Source of the DNA: the human T2T-CHM13v2.0 reference genome, Homo sapiens
Reading direction: 5' to 3' (one strand)
Assembly: GCF_009914755.1 (NCBI RefSeq)
Contig: NC_060931.1
Length of the DNA stretch: 64,000 nucleotides
A program made the position numbers and the translations under genes. Every line of letters starts with the position of its first letter. The stretch's first letter is position 1. This document shows, piece after piece, positions 43,962 to 60,275 of this stretch. The notes beneath the pieces were generated by a model that was given only the letters and a program-made list of their open reading frames with translations, did no database searches and was not told the origin of the DNA.

Positions 43962-44363
<402 letters not shown>

Positions 44364-46207
44364 TAGTGTTCCATCTTCTTAAGAACAATGCTACTTTTTA
44401 GAATAGGAATTTCTACATTATCATGGAATTCTTTTGATTTCTAAAAAAAAACCTTCAAAACTTTATGTTTTAAATTTAACAAGTAATATGTTTATTATAG
44501 AAAAAATTTTAACAGATAAACAAAAAAAGAAAGAAAGGAGCTCAGCAGTAATACGCAGATACAAGAACTGTGACTATTGTCTCAGTGTATTTCCTGAGGC
44601 TCCCTCCTGCAGTGAACAGACACAGACACGTAAGAGGGCATCTGTATGTGCGGGTTAATAACCTCTTTTTTGCACTTAATAATAGGAAAATACCCTTCGG
44701 ATTTTTTCACATGGCAATTTACAGGTTCCTGTGAACATCATTTTCTTGCACCATCATCTTTCTCAATTGTTGCTGAAGTAATTTTCTTATTAAGGTGGCA
44801 TCCATGGGCCAACAGCCCTTGCAAAACAATTTAGGGGTGATCCCTGAAACTCCTGGTTGCTAAGTGTGGCCTCCAGCCCTGCAGTCCATCTGCACACCAT
44901 CCCTTCCTCTTGTGCTTGCAAGAAAATGCAAGTAAGTACTAGGGACTGTTGCCACCAACCTCATTTTCAGACACTGGGGACCCTGCAGGCTGGTCTCACT
45001 GTCTCCTGGGCTCTCCGCCTTCACCCGCGTGTGACCCTGAACTGTGGCAGATCTGGGGACCATCCACCAAAGAGCCCTCCCACCCCCCTCCTGCTAACCC
45101 CAGACTCTGCCCCTCCTCACGTGCCCAGGACAGGCCACGCCCCCACAAGGCCCTGAGCTTGGGTCTGGATTGATCTGAGGGACGTCTGCGAATGCCCCAC
45201 TTGCCCCGCAGTTGGTCTAGCCACAGGCGTTAGAGGCCCTCCTGACCCATGAGATATGAGGGGGAGTTCTGGGGGCTGGGGGTGGGAGATCCTGGACAAA
45301 TGTCCTCCTTGTTAAAAAAGAGACCCCATGCAAAGCTGTTCACTTTTCTGCTCTGAGCACCGCCATGGGCTGACTCGCGCCCCCTCCTATTCACCTCCTG
45401 CCCACCCCACTCAACTCACCCTTCACTCTCTGAGACGTGGCGTTCACACTGGCGGCTGCTGAGGTCTCTGGGTCAGAGTGTGAGCTCCTATGGGGGAAGA
45501 ATTCCTCCCCTAGTCCACACCACATGTAGACCCGGAATGCTGATCCAAAGGAGACCAGTGCCAGGGCACATCAGCAGGAATCTGAGCCCCAAGGCTGCTG
45601 CCACCAGGGGCCAGGAGCCAGCTTCGGGCCCCTTTCTTTGTCGCTCCCCACCCCACCCTGCCCAGCTGCGGTCCCTTGGTCCATAGAAAGCGTAGGCCGC
45701 TAAGCCAAAGCTGTCACTGCTGTAATATGAGGATTCAGAGGAGATGTTCTGATTTTCTTTCTGCAGAAGGAGTCAGGAATTGTTGTGGCATTGTTTGGGT
45801 ATTAATAATCTTCCTAAATCAAATATCTTTAGGCTACCGTATCATGCTGAGGACAGCCATCTGCTATAGTGGCTTCCAATTTTTTGGACATGACCCACTT
45901 CTTACACCAAAACCCATTATATAAAGTGTCACAAAACATACTTTCCTTTTCTATAAGATGTACTCTGATATTTAATATATATTTCTACATTCTTGTATGC
46001 CACTACACGGATTTCATGGCCCTCTAGTGAGTAGGAAAATTGCTGATGGACTGAATCCCCCTGCACCTCCTGGCTGGCCTGATAGAATAGCCAGCCCTCT
46101 CATTTTGTCCATGTACAGTTGTGCAGGTTGCACACTGCACAGCTCCAGGATGTTATAGTGCCCTGTTGTTTCATAGTACATAATGGGATGGGGTAGCTCT
46201 GTCAATA

Positions 46208-46927
46208 GTGTGGGAGCAGAGGGAAAGCTTCCCTTCTGCTCCCTGTGAAGGCTTGCTGAAATGACTGAAAAACAGATTAACGGGGGGAAAAAAGCAGACA
46301 AACATTCATGTGTGTTAGCATGGGAGCCATATGAAATATGAGACTCCAACAAGGGCAAGATGGTTGAGACTTAAATACCCTTTTCATGGAGGAGAGGGAA
46401 GTGGGGGCCCGTGGGCCATTTTAGGGGAGAGTCAGTGATTCTTAGGAGAAAGGAATGGACGCAGGAGGCAGACATTATCTTGTCAACGATTCTCTTAGGA
46501 AACTGAATAGGACCAGCAAGTTATGGGAAGGTGAGGGGTAGAACTGCACCGTGAACACAGATTTTCTTCTTATGTGACAAAGCCTCCAGGGTCATCACTT
46601 TGAGCTGCCCTCAGAAGAACAGATGAAAAGTCTGGGGGTGGGGGTGACCTTTAGGCTTTTCTCTCCTCTGGTGGCTAAATCTTTCCTGGTTATTTGATCA
46701 GATTCCTCGGGAAGAGATCTTAAGACAATTGTATTTCTTTTGGAAAGAAGTTTCCTAAGTCGGATAAGGAAATTCCAGGGAGAGGCTCTCTGCACTTGGG
46801 GGCTGGAGGAGGAAACAAGGTTAGAAAGTCCAGAATTCTGAGACAGCTTCGAAGGACTTCCAATGTCCTTTAATTCAAGTGCTCGGCTTTGCCAAAGCAC
46901 CGTGCACTGGGGTCTCGTTCTCCTCAT
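46208..46927. mobile_element. Probable ERV1-class solo LTR (MER31/MER67-like)
   Basis: TG...CA bounded block of about 720 bp resembling MER4-group LTRs; family assignment uncertain. Confidence 0.5.
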
Positions 46928-48774
46928 CTTAGCGCTAGCAAATGGTATTGGAATTTTTCTAAATTAACTTATCAGCAAATTAAATTAATACTAATTTGTC
47001 AAAATTAAGTGAGTCACTAAAGCTTTCTGGGCCTCATCTGCATTTCTAAAATGAAGCTAATTACAGTGGCCCAGTTTACCTCCCAGAGTTGTGTTTTAAA
47101 GCTTAAAGAAGCATGAGGTGTTGGTGCAAACCGGATATTGGCCTCGTCCTCACTGTTGCTGTTGGTGCTTTCTGTTTGAACTTTCCAAGTTTCGCAGAGA
47201 GCGAGGCCTTGCTCTCACACTCAGCCGAGGCAGAGGATGCCCCTGAGCTCTGCTTCATCATTTACAATTCCCTCGGTGAACACACGTTTCCTGGGTCCCT
47301 GTGGGTAACACACGGCTTGCCCTGGTCATCCTGTATCCAGTGACTGGAGCTCGGAGGTTCAAAATCTAAAAGCAAATGTGAGCCCCTCGACTCCAGCTCC
47401 CTGACCCTGGGTGCCCCGCTGAGAGCAGCAGTGCATGCGTACCCTCATTCGGGAGGCCAGCCTTTCATCACTGGGAGAGGAGACAGGTAAGCAAATGTGA
47501 AGTAACTGCCTCCAAATTGTCTTGTGCTGTGTTGCCCTGTTTTAGGAAAGGTGCCATTAATCCAATTTGTTTAAAAAATAAATAAATAATAGGGAAATAA
47601 CCGCAGTGCTGAGATGCTGGCTGCATTTTGCTGAACAGACGAGGCTTTGTGCCAGTGTGAGGAGCTACCGAGTGAAGACATCCCACCTACGGTGGCAGCA
47701 GGGGTGGTCTCCCACCTGTCCCCAACAGCCCCGGGCCAAGGAGGCAGCTCTCTGAACTCTGGACTTTAGTGAGTGCTCCCCCGCTGAGCCTCCCCGTTCC
47801 CGCTGTTCTGAAGACAGAGACCTCCGCGAGCGGAGCACGAGCTCCCAGCCTATCATGAACATCGAGCAAGACGTGGCACGTGAATTTCATTTCTCAAGGA
47901 GAATGGCACTAAAATCCTTGGCTAGGGAGAATGTTTCCAACAGAGCAAGGCAGTCAGTCCCCGGGAGCTGAGGTCCCTGTACATCGTGTATTACTAAACA
48001 GCTGCCCCTTCCATCCTCTCTGCTTCTACAGGCTGTCCCATAAAGTTGATAACATTGAAGACTTCTGAGCTAGCTTGAGAATGATGTTGATTACAATAAT
48101 GAGCCTTATTTTCTAATCATTCCCCACACCACATGACCCACACCTTCCTCCCTTCTAGCCTGCTTGGCGGGTCAGCCTCAGATGATGAGGAGGGAGGCCA
48201 ACCGGGCCTGGCTTGGAGGCTCCCCAGAGCCCCCGCAGTCTGCTGAGTGTGGGGCGACTGTCCATGGGTCTTGCTCTAACTCAAGGGAAGCTGGAGCACC
48301 CTTCCTCGAGGGTCTTGCTGCCTGGCTGGCCAGGAGGACAGTGTGGATGGAGCCACACACCCTGAGGTCCTTCCCAGGAAGGGAAGTCTTCCAGCCTCGC
48401 GCCAGCCTCTATAACCATCACTCAAAGGTGGGTAAGCAGCCCTGGTACTCAGAAACCACGGCAGCCCTATAGAGGGGATGCTTTGCTTGAAGGGGCCTTT
48501 TAGTACTGTCTTTGCTGGGATTCTCCCAGGGCTGTTTACCTGGAAGGTTCTGGAAACACTAGAGTGGAGGGGAAGTTCTACTGGAAGGCAGCCAATGAAC
48601 GCTGTGTTTGCAAGCCGGCTGCCATGACAGGGGCAGGGTCGGGGGGGCAGAAGTCTGCTGGGAAAATCCTAGAAGCCGGTGCAGAACACGTGCAGTGGGA
48701 CGCTCGATGTGGAGTATTCACAACCCCTGCTGTAGGGCCTGAGAGCTGATTCCCTCCCTGCCAGGCTGAGTGCT

Positions 48775-48847
48775 GTCAGGCAGGGAAGGCGGAGCTGGGC
48801 AGGGGAGTCAGGCAGGCAGGGAAGGCGGAGCTGGGCAGGGGAGTCAG
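48775..48847. repeat. Two-copy 37-bp G-rich tandem duplication
   Basis: caggcagggaaggcggagctgggcaggggagtcagg repeated. Confidence 0.9.
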
Positions 48848-51800
48848 GGGAGCCCCAGGGAAAGCAAGTCCTGCTTGGTCCTGCCAGCTGCTCCCCGGAC
48901 CTACGGGTCTGGGAGTCACCAGGCTCCAAGGAGTGACCCCCCAACCATGGTCAGAGCACCCCTTGCTCATGGGCGGGCGTAGGGAGCCAAGGAAGGAAGG
49001 TCCTGGGTGTGGGCATGGAAAGGCTCTTCATGGAGACCTCTGCTTGCCCTTCGGGGCTCACCCAAGCTTCCTGACTGATGCTGGGGCCTCACTGCTGGGC
49101 CTCACGTGGAAAGAGCCACTGCACACCCCTGGGGCTGGGGGATTTCTGTCTGAGCCACAATGCTGCTAGTGGCAAAGTATGCAGAGTAGAAAAAAAAGCG
49201 GGGTCCCCACATATCCCGGGGCTCCTGTGGTGCAGCCAGACCCCAAGACCCTCCCGCTGCTGAGAGGACATGCAGGCTGTCGTGGGCACCTGGCCCTCCT
49301 CTGTGTCTGTCCCAGCCCCACATCCACACCAGGGACTGAGCCAGTGCGGGCAGAGGCCCGCCTGCGGCCACAGCCCTTTCACTGGCTGCTCTCTGGGGGC
49401 CTCCTTTGACTCTTCTTCTAAGCAAGGGAGGCCTGGCCTGAGAGAAGCTGGTTTGCACATCTCCCCTGTCCACACTGCCCTCCCAGACCCACCCCCGCCC
49501 GAGGCTAGACGGAGAGAATAGCCCGGTATGGACACAGGCCGCTTTGCACACACTGGGTCCGCACAGTGCCGAGAGGCCACTCACTCGCTTTGCTTCTTCC
49601 CGTGGCTCCCCTTAGGAACTCGGATTCTCGGGGGAACCCGCCTCACCCCTCCCACAGAGGAACAGCCTCTCCAAGGACCCTGTGGCATCAGCACCCTCAG
49701 CTCTGAAGACACGGCCTGTGTTTCTTTCCAGCCTGACTGAGGTCCAGAAAGGAGAAAAAAGCAGGCAAGGGGTCCTGCCGCTCTGTGGCCAGCCGGGCCG
49801 GGCTGGGAACACCTCTGGCTTCAAGACTCCTCCAGGCAGGACAATGGGGGCCCGAGACCCCTCTCATTTGGCAGCTGTGTGCCTTCTTTTGTTCTTCACT
49901 GAAGGCCAAGCTGAGCACGTGCTCTGTGAGCTGCTGGGTGGAAGGAGGAGAGTAGCCCCCGCAGTAACACCAGCCTGGCCCCCATCCAAGTCCAAGCAGA
50001 GCAAGGGCAGAGCTGACTTCACACTGCCAGATCCCCTACTTCCGAATTTGGCCAAGTAGCCTGCTGACGGAAGAAAACAATGCCACAGGAATGTGAATCA
50101 CAGCAAGGAAGAGTTTTCTAAGTGGGAAGGATGAGAGACCTTCTAGAAGTTTCCAGGGGAAGACAGTGGAGCTCTTTGAAGCATGAGAGTGCTGGGACGT
50201 GAGGGGGTCACTCTGCTGTGAGTTAGCCAGAAGCAGGAACTGCTGAGCCACACACCCACCGCCAGGCCATGCTGTTCTCCAACACAAGGGCTTTAAAGAC
50301 GAGTTCTCCAACACGAGGAACCCACCCGCGCGCCTACAGGGTGCACCATGTTTGCAGAGAGAAGTCTCCGTGTGATGCTGGCCTGGGCTACTTCTGGCTG
50401 AGCAGGAGCCCTGGGCAGAAAGATCACCTGAGATCAGCACCAGCTCCTTGTAGCTGCGACTCTGAGATTGCCTTAGGCACACTGGTGAATGTAGCCGTCT
50501 AGCTGCTTTCAATTGCTTTGCAGACTAAGTGTTCCTGGCAAAATCGGAAAAGCTATTTCAACTTGATCGCCTTGAAGTGGAACATCCTCCAAGACAACAG
50601 AAAGCAGGGGAGGGTGTGGCCCATTTTCTCCAGGCAAACTTAATTCCATTCTGGGATTAGACACACTGGAAAGGCTCAGGACCCCCAAACGTGGACTCCT
50701 GGGTCGCATCACTCAAGGATGCAGTGTGAATTTGAGGAGGGTGGAAGGTACAAGGTGCTGCCATCCCAGTCCCTGCACGGCCCTCCATCCGCTGTGGGAG
50801 CTGCGGCCACTTGGCCTGACTCCCCCCGCTCTCATCAGTAATGCAGAGATGCTATTCTTTCTGCAGGGTCATTGTCAGGACTAGAAAATCACTTAAAGGC
50901 TGTCGCCCAGCAGCTGTCAATAAAGAAGGGCCACCCGGCTCCTCCCCTTCCAGCCCCTTCCTCAGGGCTCTGCGGTCATTTCCTTGGCTCCCCTTTGTTG
51001 GGCCTGTAGAGAAAGACTTCCTTTCTGCTGGCCCAGGAGCACTAATGATGTGTCTGATAGCCCAGATTGAAGTTATCAAAATATTAAGACTCAGCTTATC
51101 TTCAAAGCTATGCTGGCTGGCACACACCCCCACATTACACATGTGGACACAATGCACACACAGACAGGCACTCACATCTTCCCTGGCCCTGCTTGACAGT
51201 GGGAATCAGCTCCCGGCTGGTGTCAGGGACCAGGACTGTACTGGATTTTATGGAGGCACATGTCCTGCATTCAGGTGACCACAAAGGACCTTGAGATTCC
51301 GGGGTGCAGGCGTCAGACCTGCAGCAGAGCAGCCAGTGGGCCTGCACGGGGTCCCTCCGGTGGACTTGCCAGACACGGCTCTTGAAGGATCCATCCTTGA
51401 GTGTGCCTTTGGGGAGGCAACGAACCCAAAAGGGACCCCTGAGAGCCCAGCCCTCTCCTGTGGGAGGTACTGACCTGTGGATGGAAATTCCTCCCTCATT
51501 CATAACTGAGGCGCATTAGAAGCCTGAGGTACTTTCTGTAAGGGCTGCCTGTCACAGCCCCACAGTTCAACCACGGCACCTGTCTGTGACTCTCCTTTCC
51601 TGCCCTGTCCTCTTCGGATGGGCACACAGCTCCAGGAAGACACGGACCCCACACAGACAGCCTAGTTTGCATTATTTAAGACAGGTGCAGTGCATCACAA
51701 CAAAAGAAAGCTGCAAGAAATCCAGACCCACTTCTGTTTAGCTTTGAGTGAGTTGGATGATATTGGGGAACACCTTTCTAATAATATTTCTCTTAGAATG

Positions 51801-52426
51801 ATGCTGAAATTGGCTTATGTGTTCTGGGCACCTAGTACCTGAGGGCTCAGAGGGGAAGGTGTCCCCTAATGGGTCCCGCCTGGTGTCTTAGACTCCACCC
51901 TTCCAGCGCCCCACTCACTGCCTCTGATCCTCAGGGGGAGCCCCTCTCTAGGTTGTGCAAGAACGTTTCTTCCTTCTCCATAGCCAACTGTCCGGTCTAT
52001 TCCAGAAAGTGCGTCTTAAAACCTGCACCCCCAACTAGAAATCTGCACATCTTGCAGTGGGGGAGGGAGTGTGGTACCCAGGAGAGGACTATTCTGCTTT
52101 GAGTGTCTCTAGGCCGCCCCTTTAGCCTCTTCTGGGCCCCCTGCTGGCCTCACCAAGAACCACAGACGCGCTATTTTTATTCTGATGAAGAACAGTGCCG
52201 AAATGTCTTTCGACTTGACGAGACACAAAATTTAGGTGCTGAGAGAGATACTTCAATTTCAAGCTTAAAGATTACTTTGGGTCCCCCAGGACTCAGAAGC
52301 AATTTAGAGCTGATACCCTGAACAAGAGAAAGGTTAGAAGATTAAGACCAACTGCTGTTTGGATAAATGGTTGGTAATTGCCCATATCCGCAATTATACA
52401 CTGGCACATAATATCTTTTCCACTAC

Positions 52427-52539
52427 CTTTCTCCTCTCCTGAGTCCCATCAGGATTGATTCGGAAGGATCCCACCTTGGTCTTCTTCTGCCGAGCCTTGG
52501 TGATGTCGTGCTCTATCTCGTCCATCAGCGCCCTGCACG
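52427..52539 (-). CDS. CNPY1: CNPY1 distal canopy exon (113 bp, phase 1 to 0): (A)CRALMDEIEHDITKARQKKTKVGSFRINPDGTQERRK; internal ATG at 52525-52523 would start a 145-aa product
   Basis: Manual translation; not in the ORF track. Acceptor tcttgtttag| and donor AAG|gtagtg. Matches the canopy family motif CRAL.DE...GSFRINPDG as in CNPY2, and joins in frame to exon 15687-15484. Confidence 0.92.
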
Positions 52540-52788
52540 CTAAACAAGACACAAAACAGCTGTGATCAGAGGAGGAGGCGAGCCGGAGCCGGGCCTGTGG
52601 AGTGGCTTCCTCTGTGCCACCCTCTAGCTAGAACAGGGACAGTGCCGACGTGCCCAGGACCTGGGGAGGACTCTTGTCCTCTGCAGAGTTTTCAAAGACA
52701 GTGAGACAGAGACGACTTTTTTTATGTTCCCTTTTGTACTTTGTGTTTTCAAAACCATATACAATTTACTTTTACATTTAAAATGTGC

Positions 52789-53272
<484 letters not shown>

Positions 53273-56200
53273 TGAGTCCACAGGACTCTGGAAGCCCCTC
53301 TGGGTTGTCATAATTACTCCCAAGTAGCTTCTGCACTGTGGGAAAAGTGGGTCAAAACTGGGCCCTCCTCCAAAAGATACATTTTTGCTGGATTTGAAGT
53401 CAAAGGGGACTCTCTGAAATTTATTTTTATGGGAAATGTAGCTGGTTTTGTCCCCTAAAATCCCTTCTCCCCAGGCTGTGGCTGCCCAGTGGAGGCGGCT
53501 GAGCTGTGCCTTAGGGTCTGAACTCTCACAAATAAAAGATAAATGAGGTGATGCCTCCAATATCGGCCTCATTTGCTGAACTGAAAACTGATTCTGGCTT
53601 TCCTCTCTGTGGTTGGAAGTCAGCATGTCAGGACCAGCCCAAAGGGATGTGGGAGAAAAGAGACAGCGATGTCAGTGTCCTGAATGGCCACGGAGCAGAG
53701 GCCGCCTGCCCATGTGGACCGCTCCCCTGGCTGTGAAACGAGACCCAAAGCTTCCATCTGAGTCACTCTCCCTCTGTCTGTGTTTTGGTCCCTGTTAGAA
53801 CAGCATAGCCTTTCTCTGCCCAGGACATGACTTTGGCACAGGTGACATTGCGTTTAGTGCTCCCTTCTCATTCTGTGTCCGAATGCGGGCACTGAGGGCA
53901 CAGGCTGTGTGGATGAGGACAAAGGCCAGTTGTGGGCGTGAAGCTGGAACACCAGCATGTTCACTGCCTTTAGGTGTTGCTGGGTGTTGCATTCCACGTG
54001 TCGTGCCCTTGTGGACTCCAGGACCCTGTGGTGGTGATTCCAGCACTATCCCCATTTCACGGACGTGGCTTGGAGAGATGGAGAGACTTTCCCAGGTGTC
54101 TCCCTTACCCAAGGTACTACAGAAATCAGCAGCCGAGCCACTGTTTGAGGACACAGATGGCACTCAGTCCTCAGAGGCACACAGCCCGCGCTCCCTCCCT
54201 ACCCTGCTCTTAGGGGTCAGTGACCTTCAATCCTTGTATGAGATCATTGATCACTATGATTACCTGTTAGTGAGCAGTACATCTAACGATGTACTGGGCT
54301 CCTCTGGGGCCTGGAGGTCTCTGACAGAGTAGCCTGTCTCTCTGAGGCTTCCAGGAGGAGAAGGAAGTTTTCATGGCAGAGGCATGAAAACCTGTGTCTC
54401 GGGTGTCCACATCAGCACTTACTGTTTGGACTTGACGCAGTGCACAGGGGCTCAAAGCTACTGACCACAGGCAAGCCCCTCTTCTCTAGGAGCAGGACTT
54501 ACAGCTCCAAGAACAAACACTTCCTTTCTGGCTCCCTTGAAGCTAGGCCAGGGCCTGTAACTTGGTTCTACAACCATGTGTTCTGGAATCTTCCTAAAGA
54601 GCCAGTGCTCGCCCTCTGCCCTCTCTGACCCACTATAGGTCGGAGCTCAGCTCAGGCCCCAGGACCAGGGTGGCCTGGGAGATGTCAGGGTGAGGAACTC
54701 AAAGGCGGGTCCTGGGGCCTGCAAGGGGAGAACTCTGTGCTGACCGGGACAGCACCCTCCACCCTTACGAGAGGGAGACAAGCATCCAGATTGTCTAAGC
54801 CATTGCTATTTTGAGTTCACTACACTCACTCACCTTCCACCTCTGGGATGGAATAAGAAAGGACCCTCCATGGTCAGTGCTCCCCAGTGGGGGATCTCGG
54901 TCAGCGCAGGGCCAGGGCTGCCAGGGGAGCGTGGGCCCAGAATCCCGGGCCCACAGGTGGTGAACAGCCCAGTAGGCTCAGATGAGGAGTCCTCTAGGAA
55001 GAGCCGGCGGTGACCATGTTACTGCTGAGAATGGGGCCGCCTGGGACCCCTGAGGACAGCAGGAGCCCAGCTCCCACACGAGATTAGGAGGAAGAGGGAT
55101 GGGATTGTCTGATGTCCTTTACCCTGGCTCCTGAGAGAGGGCAGATGGTGGGAAATGGTGTCTTGGAAGCAGAGGCCAAAGCAATCAGCACAAAGGAGGG
55201 GTGGCCTCTGGCCTCCAGGCCAACTTCAGAGGAGAAATGCATAGCCCGAGAGGATGGCCGCCAGCCGGGTGTGAAGGTTCCCCGAGAACCGGGGTGGGCC
55301 CAGCCCAGCATCTCCAGGGGCCCAGGTGGCCTCTGCCCTGACAGCCTCCTCCAGCCCTTCCTGGTGGACCCAGGAGCTGGAGATGGTGCGTCCTCACCTC
55401 CTGGCTGGCAGAGGACAGTGCTGGCCAACAGAAAGAATGTGGCCTTGCCGTCAAGTGCCAGCGTCAAACCCTGCTGGGCCATGGATGAGCGTCACCCGGC
55501 TCTACCCAGAGTCTCTCCCATCGTAGGGAGGGTGTTGCATGAGTCTGTAAGTGCCTGCCAGGCGTGGCCTGCCTGCTGTCCCCTTCCTGGCCCCACTGAC
55601 TGCTTGGAATCCCTGACTTGGGCTCAGTGACTAGCTTGGGACCCCGTCTCTCCTCGGCATCTCTCTGCTTTCTGTGCCTGCAGACCCGTGCCCAGACTCC
55701 TGCCCAGCCGCCCCACCCTGAGCCCGGACGCTCCCTGTGCTGTGGTCACTGTGGGTGTCCTTGGCTCCCTGGATCCCTCAAGGCTGGACTTGCCGGCAGA
55801 AGTGGAAAGGGGCCGGTGAGTGGGCTCAGCTCACAGGGCTCTCTGGGTCAATATTTTAATGTTCTGCTGCCTTCATTTCAGGCCCACATTTCACAAGCAC
55901 CAAGATAGGCCGTGTAAAGGCAGAGCCCCTTGTAGTGCACACCTGTCATCGAGCATCCCCAAATGCCCTGAGCATCGGGATGGCAGTAGCAGGACCAGGG
56001 CACAGCACCCCGCCCCCCGCGGCCATGCAGGGCTTCTTGAGGTCAGGGTGGCCCCGTCAGCAAGGAAAGGTGCTGGGCTTCCAACAGGACAGGAGGCCCC
56101 CAGGCCTGCCATCCCTGACCTCCCCTCGGAGGGGCCGCTCCACAAGAAAAGATCATTTTAAATTTCCGCCCCAGGTCACAGAACAAGTTAACAGTCACAT

Positions 56201-57865
56201 CAGCGACCTGGGCTCCAGATTTCTAGTCCGGCATTAATTTAAATGTTAATCTGAAACCTTCACTTAAATCACAGGAGTTTAGAGTTTATTAGAGCAGGCG
56301 GCGGGAGTGGGGCCTCATGGGGGGATTGGTGGGTCACACTGCCTGCCAGAGGGCAAGCCCCCTCCCGCTGGGCCTACCAGCCCCTGCCACTATGGCTGTC
56401 TCCTTCCCTCTCCCTCCCTTTCTCTCTTAGAGGAAGATTTGGAAATGGGAAAGAGATGGAGGTAGATGTCACGACAGATTCAGATGAGCCTCCGGTGGCT
56501 CAGGTGCCGGAACCATCTCAAGGGGCTTGCAAGAGCAGATGGCATGTGTGCTGCTTCCCAACTCCACAGCTAGTGACATCACACAGGTAGCCCGGATCAA
56601 CAGGGGTGGGAGTATTTACACAACAGGCATAGGCAGATGCTACAAATCAGGGCCCCGCCACCACAACCCTCCTGCCCACACTCTGCACATGCCCACAGGA
56701 GGCTGCATCTCCCTAGAGGTGAAGGGATCAATGAATATCTGAGCATTTGCCATTTTCAAGGTTATGAGCAAGGCCCAAGGAAGCCACCGAGGTCTGAGTC
56801 CCAGCCCGTGCCCTCCAAGGAGCTCGCATGTGGTGGATGCCGTGCCTCCATTCCTCCAGGGGTGTCTGGGCCACTCTCCCCACCAGCAGGAGCGGCTATG
56901 GGAACCAAGCCATCCAAAGCTGCAGGCAATGTGGATTTTCCTCCAGTGGCCTTTAGGCCACAAGCAGAGGTGACATCAGAACCACGTGGGGAGTTGCTAG
57001 AAGTACAGACCCAGGTCCCAGCCTGGGAGACTCTGAGTCGGGTCTGGGTTGGGCCTGAGATCTGCAAATGTCTTTGACATGCAGGAGGTCATTGTGCTCT
57101 GCAATGGGGGCCCTACCTGTCCCGAGGTGCACTGGCTAGTGGCAGCTCTCCTGCACCCTGCACCTCTCCGGAGCAGGTGCTGCTGACCAGTAAAGAGGGG
57201 TGCAGGGGCCACTTTCTCTGGTACCTCAGAGAACATGGCTCAATTCTAGAACAAACCATTTTCTAGCAGTTTCTATAAGCAAGGCAGGAGCCCTGGTATT
57301 ACGATGGTAGTGATTAGTGCCCATGCAACTCCCACCACTCACATTGCATCTCCTGCATGGCTGTGCCCCCCACACTCCTTTGAGGGAAGACGAAGCCCCG
57401 ACTCCCAAGGCTGCAGGAGGCCAGCAAGGCAAACGTGACGGAGGGGTGGCTCCCCCCAACCAACACTCCTGCTCCCCAAAGTGGAAATGGCTGATGCCAC
57501 AGTCTTTCTTTAAGCCTGGTCTCTAGACATCCCAAAGCGTGGCGGGCCCCACTCTGTGCTACGAGGAGGCCGTGAGAAGAGGCTGAAACCCAATGACGAG
57601 CTGCGCCTGTGCAGAGGCCGGGGTGAGCTGGATGTTGCTGTGCACGGCCTCCTGGGCGCCCCAGGCCTGGCTAACTCAGGAGCATCTCCCACTGCCCACA
57701 GGATATCAGGGCCCATGATGGACTCACAGCATCGACCAGGCCCGCCGCTGTGCCCGTGGCTCAGGCAGGTGCGGGAAGGAGAGGGGCTTTGGAATCCAGT
57801 CTCAGCTTCACCACACCCAAAAGTAGCTTCCTTGCTTCCTTCCTTCCTCCTCTCCTTACTTGCCC

Positions 57866-58270
57866 TGTTGGCTGCTTCTGTCCCCCAAAAAGATAAGCTG
57901 ACATCCCAACCCCTAGTACCTGTGAATGTGGCCTTATTTGGGAATAGGGTCTTTGCAGATGGGATTGATTCAGACCAAGTCATACTGGAGTAGGGAGGGC
58001 CTTGATCCACCGACGGGACCTTCTAGAAGAGGAGAGACACAGGGAGGTGACCTCACAACATGGGAGAAGGCCACGTGATGACAGAGGCAGAGACTGCATT
58101 GGTGTCTACAAGCCAAGGAAGGCCCAGGACCACCAGCAACGCTAGAGCTGGAAGAGTCAGGCACAGATCCACCCCTCCAGGTTTCAGAGGGGACGCAGCC
58201 CTGCCCGTCTTGATGATAGACTTCAGGCCCCCAGAACAGGGAGGCTCCACTTCTGCTACTGAAGCCAATA
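57866..58270 (+). mobile_element. MaLR LTR (MLT1C-like)
   Basis: cctagtacctgtgaatgtggccttatttgggaatagggtctttgcagat...ggccacgtgatgacagaggcagagactg. Confidence 0.8.
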
Positions 58271-59385
58271 ACAATGGGGGTTGTGTGTGGGGACAGCGCA
58301 GCAGGCTCAGGACACTCACACACTCTCTGAACCTTGTGCTGCTCTGGGTCAGGTGTGGGAGGCGCAGCAGTGAGGGAGGCCACAGCCCCATCCTCGAGGG
58401 TCCCAACTCAGCCACAAAAATCCCATGAACAAGCTTGGCGAGCTGAGTGTTACTGCAGAGAAAGAGAAAGTTGCAGGAATGCACAGTCCTGGGGAAGACC
58501 TCCAAGGACAAGCAGGAGTTGCCAGGAAGAAAACCAGAGGGCGGGGCTCCCAGGACAAAGAGTGCACGCTCCTGGGAGGGCCCGGCCGGAGCACACGGTG
58601 TCTGAGCTAGGGAAAGGCATTCTTTATGTGCGTCTTCCTCATTGCTTCTTATTCATTTTTCTGTCATAAGGATTTTCCCAACTTGGGCGTGGTTGTTGCC
58701 ATTTTAAAAACTGTTACGTAATATCCAATCAAGCAGATGCACCATCATTTCCTTAACTTTTCTATCTGTGCTTGTTAGGTTGTTTCAAAGGCTTAAAAGA
58801 TGGATAATTTAGGCTTGTAAAGGATCCTCATTTGAAACGTAGCTGTTGTTTCAAGTTAACCTAGAGCATGGCTGCATTTCATTTGGTCATTCAACAAACT
58901 TTAAGCACTTTTCTTCCGAGTACTGTGTCCCAGGGTGCTGGAGATGTAACGATGAGTGGGAGGAGCCACCATCACTCATGGAGTTTGCAGATGAAAGAGT
59001 AGCATCTACAAGTTCCACAAAGGAGAAATGCAATGTGCTAAGCAAACCCACATGGATAGGGTGGCAGGTTAGAAAAGAAGACCGAAAGAAGACTGCAGCG
59101 TTTAGCCATCTTCCATGAAGAGTTGGTGTGTATTGCCCCACTCAGGTCTGGGCTGGACCTGAGACCTGCTTTGGCCAGTACCTGTGGCAGAAGTGACATG
59201 CCAGCCTCCAGAGGCATCACCAGCCCACGAACCTCCCAGCCCACTCTCAGCTTGGGAGAAACAGTCAGCTGATGTCTTCAGCCTCTGGCTTGGGGTAAGT
59301 TACCCAGCACAAGTGGGCTGGACCTTGTCAAAGAACACGGGAGGCTTCCCTAAGAGCATGACAAGTAGGACCTGAAAGATGATCA

Positions 59386-59901
<516 letters not shown>

Positions 59902-59964
59902 CTATTCTCAGCCAAATGGAACTACTGCAGTATTTTGAGTAAGGTGAGATTTGATGAGATTGCA

Positions 59965-60275
<311 letters not shown>

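Noticed and set aside
54262-54296. Minus-strand MYCSLT-G|gtaatc as the missing first-Cys exon, and an overlapping 9-bp hairpin
   Set aside because: Preceded by an in-frame TAG, no hydrophobic leader and wrong Cys spacing; a 9-bp stem is expected by chance in 64 kb.
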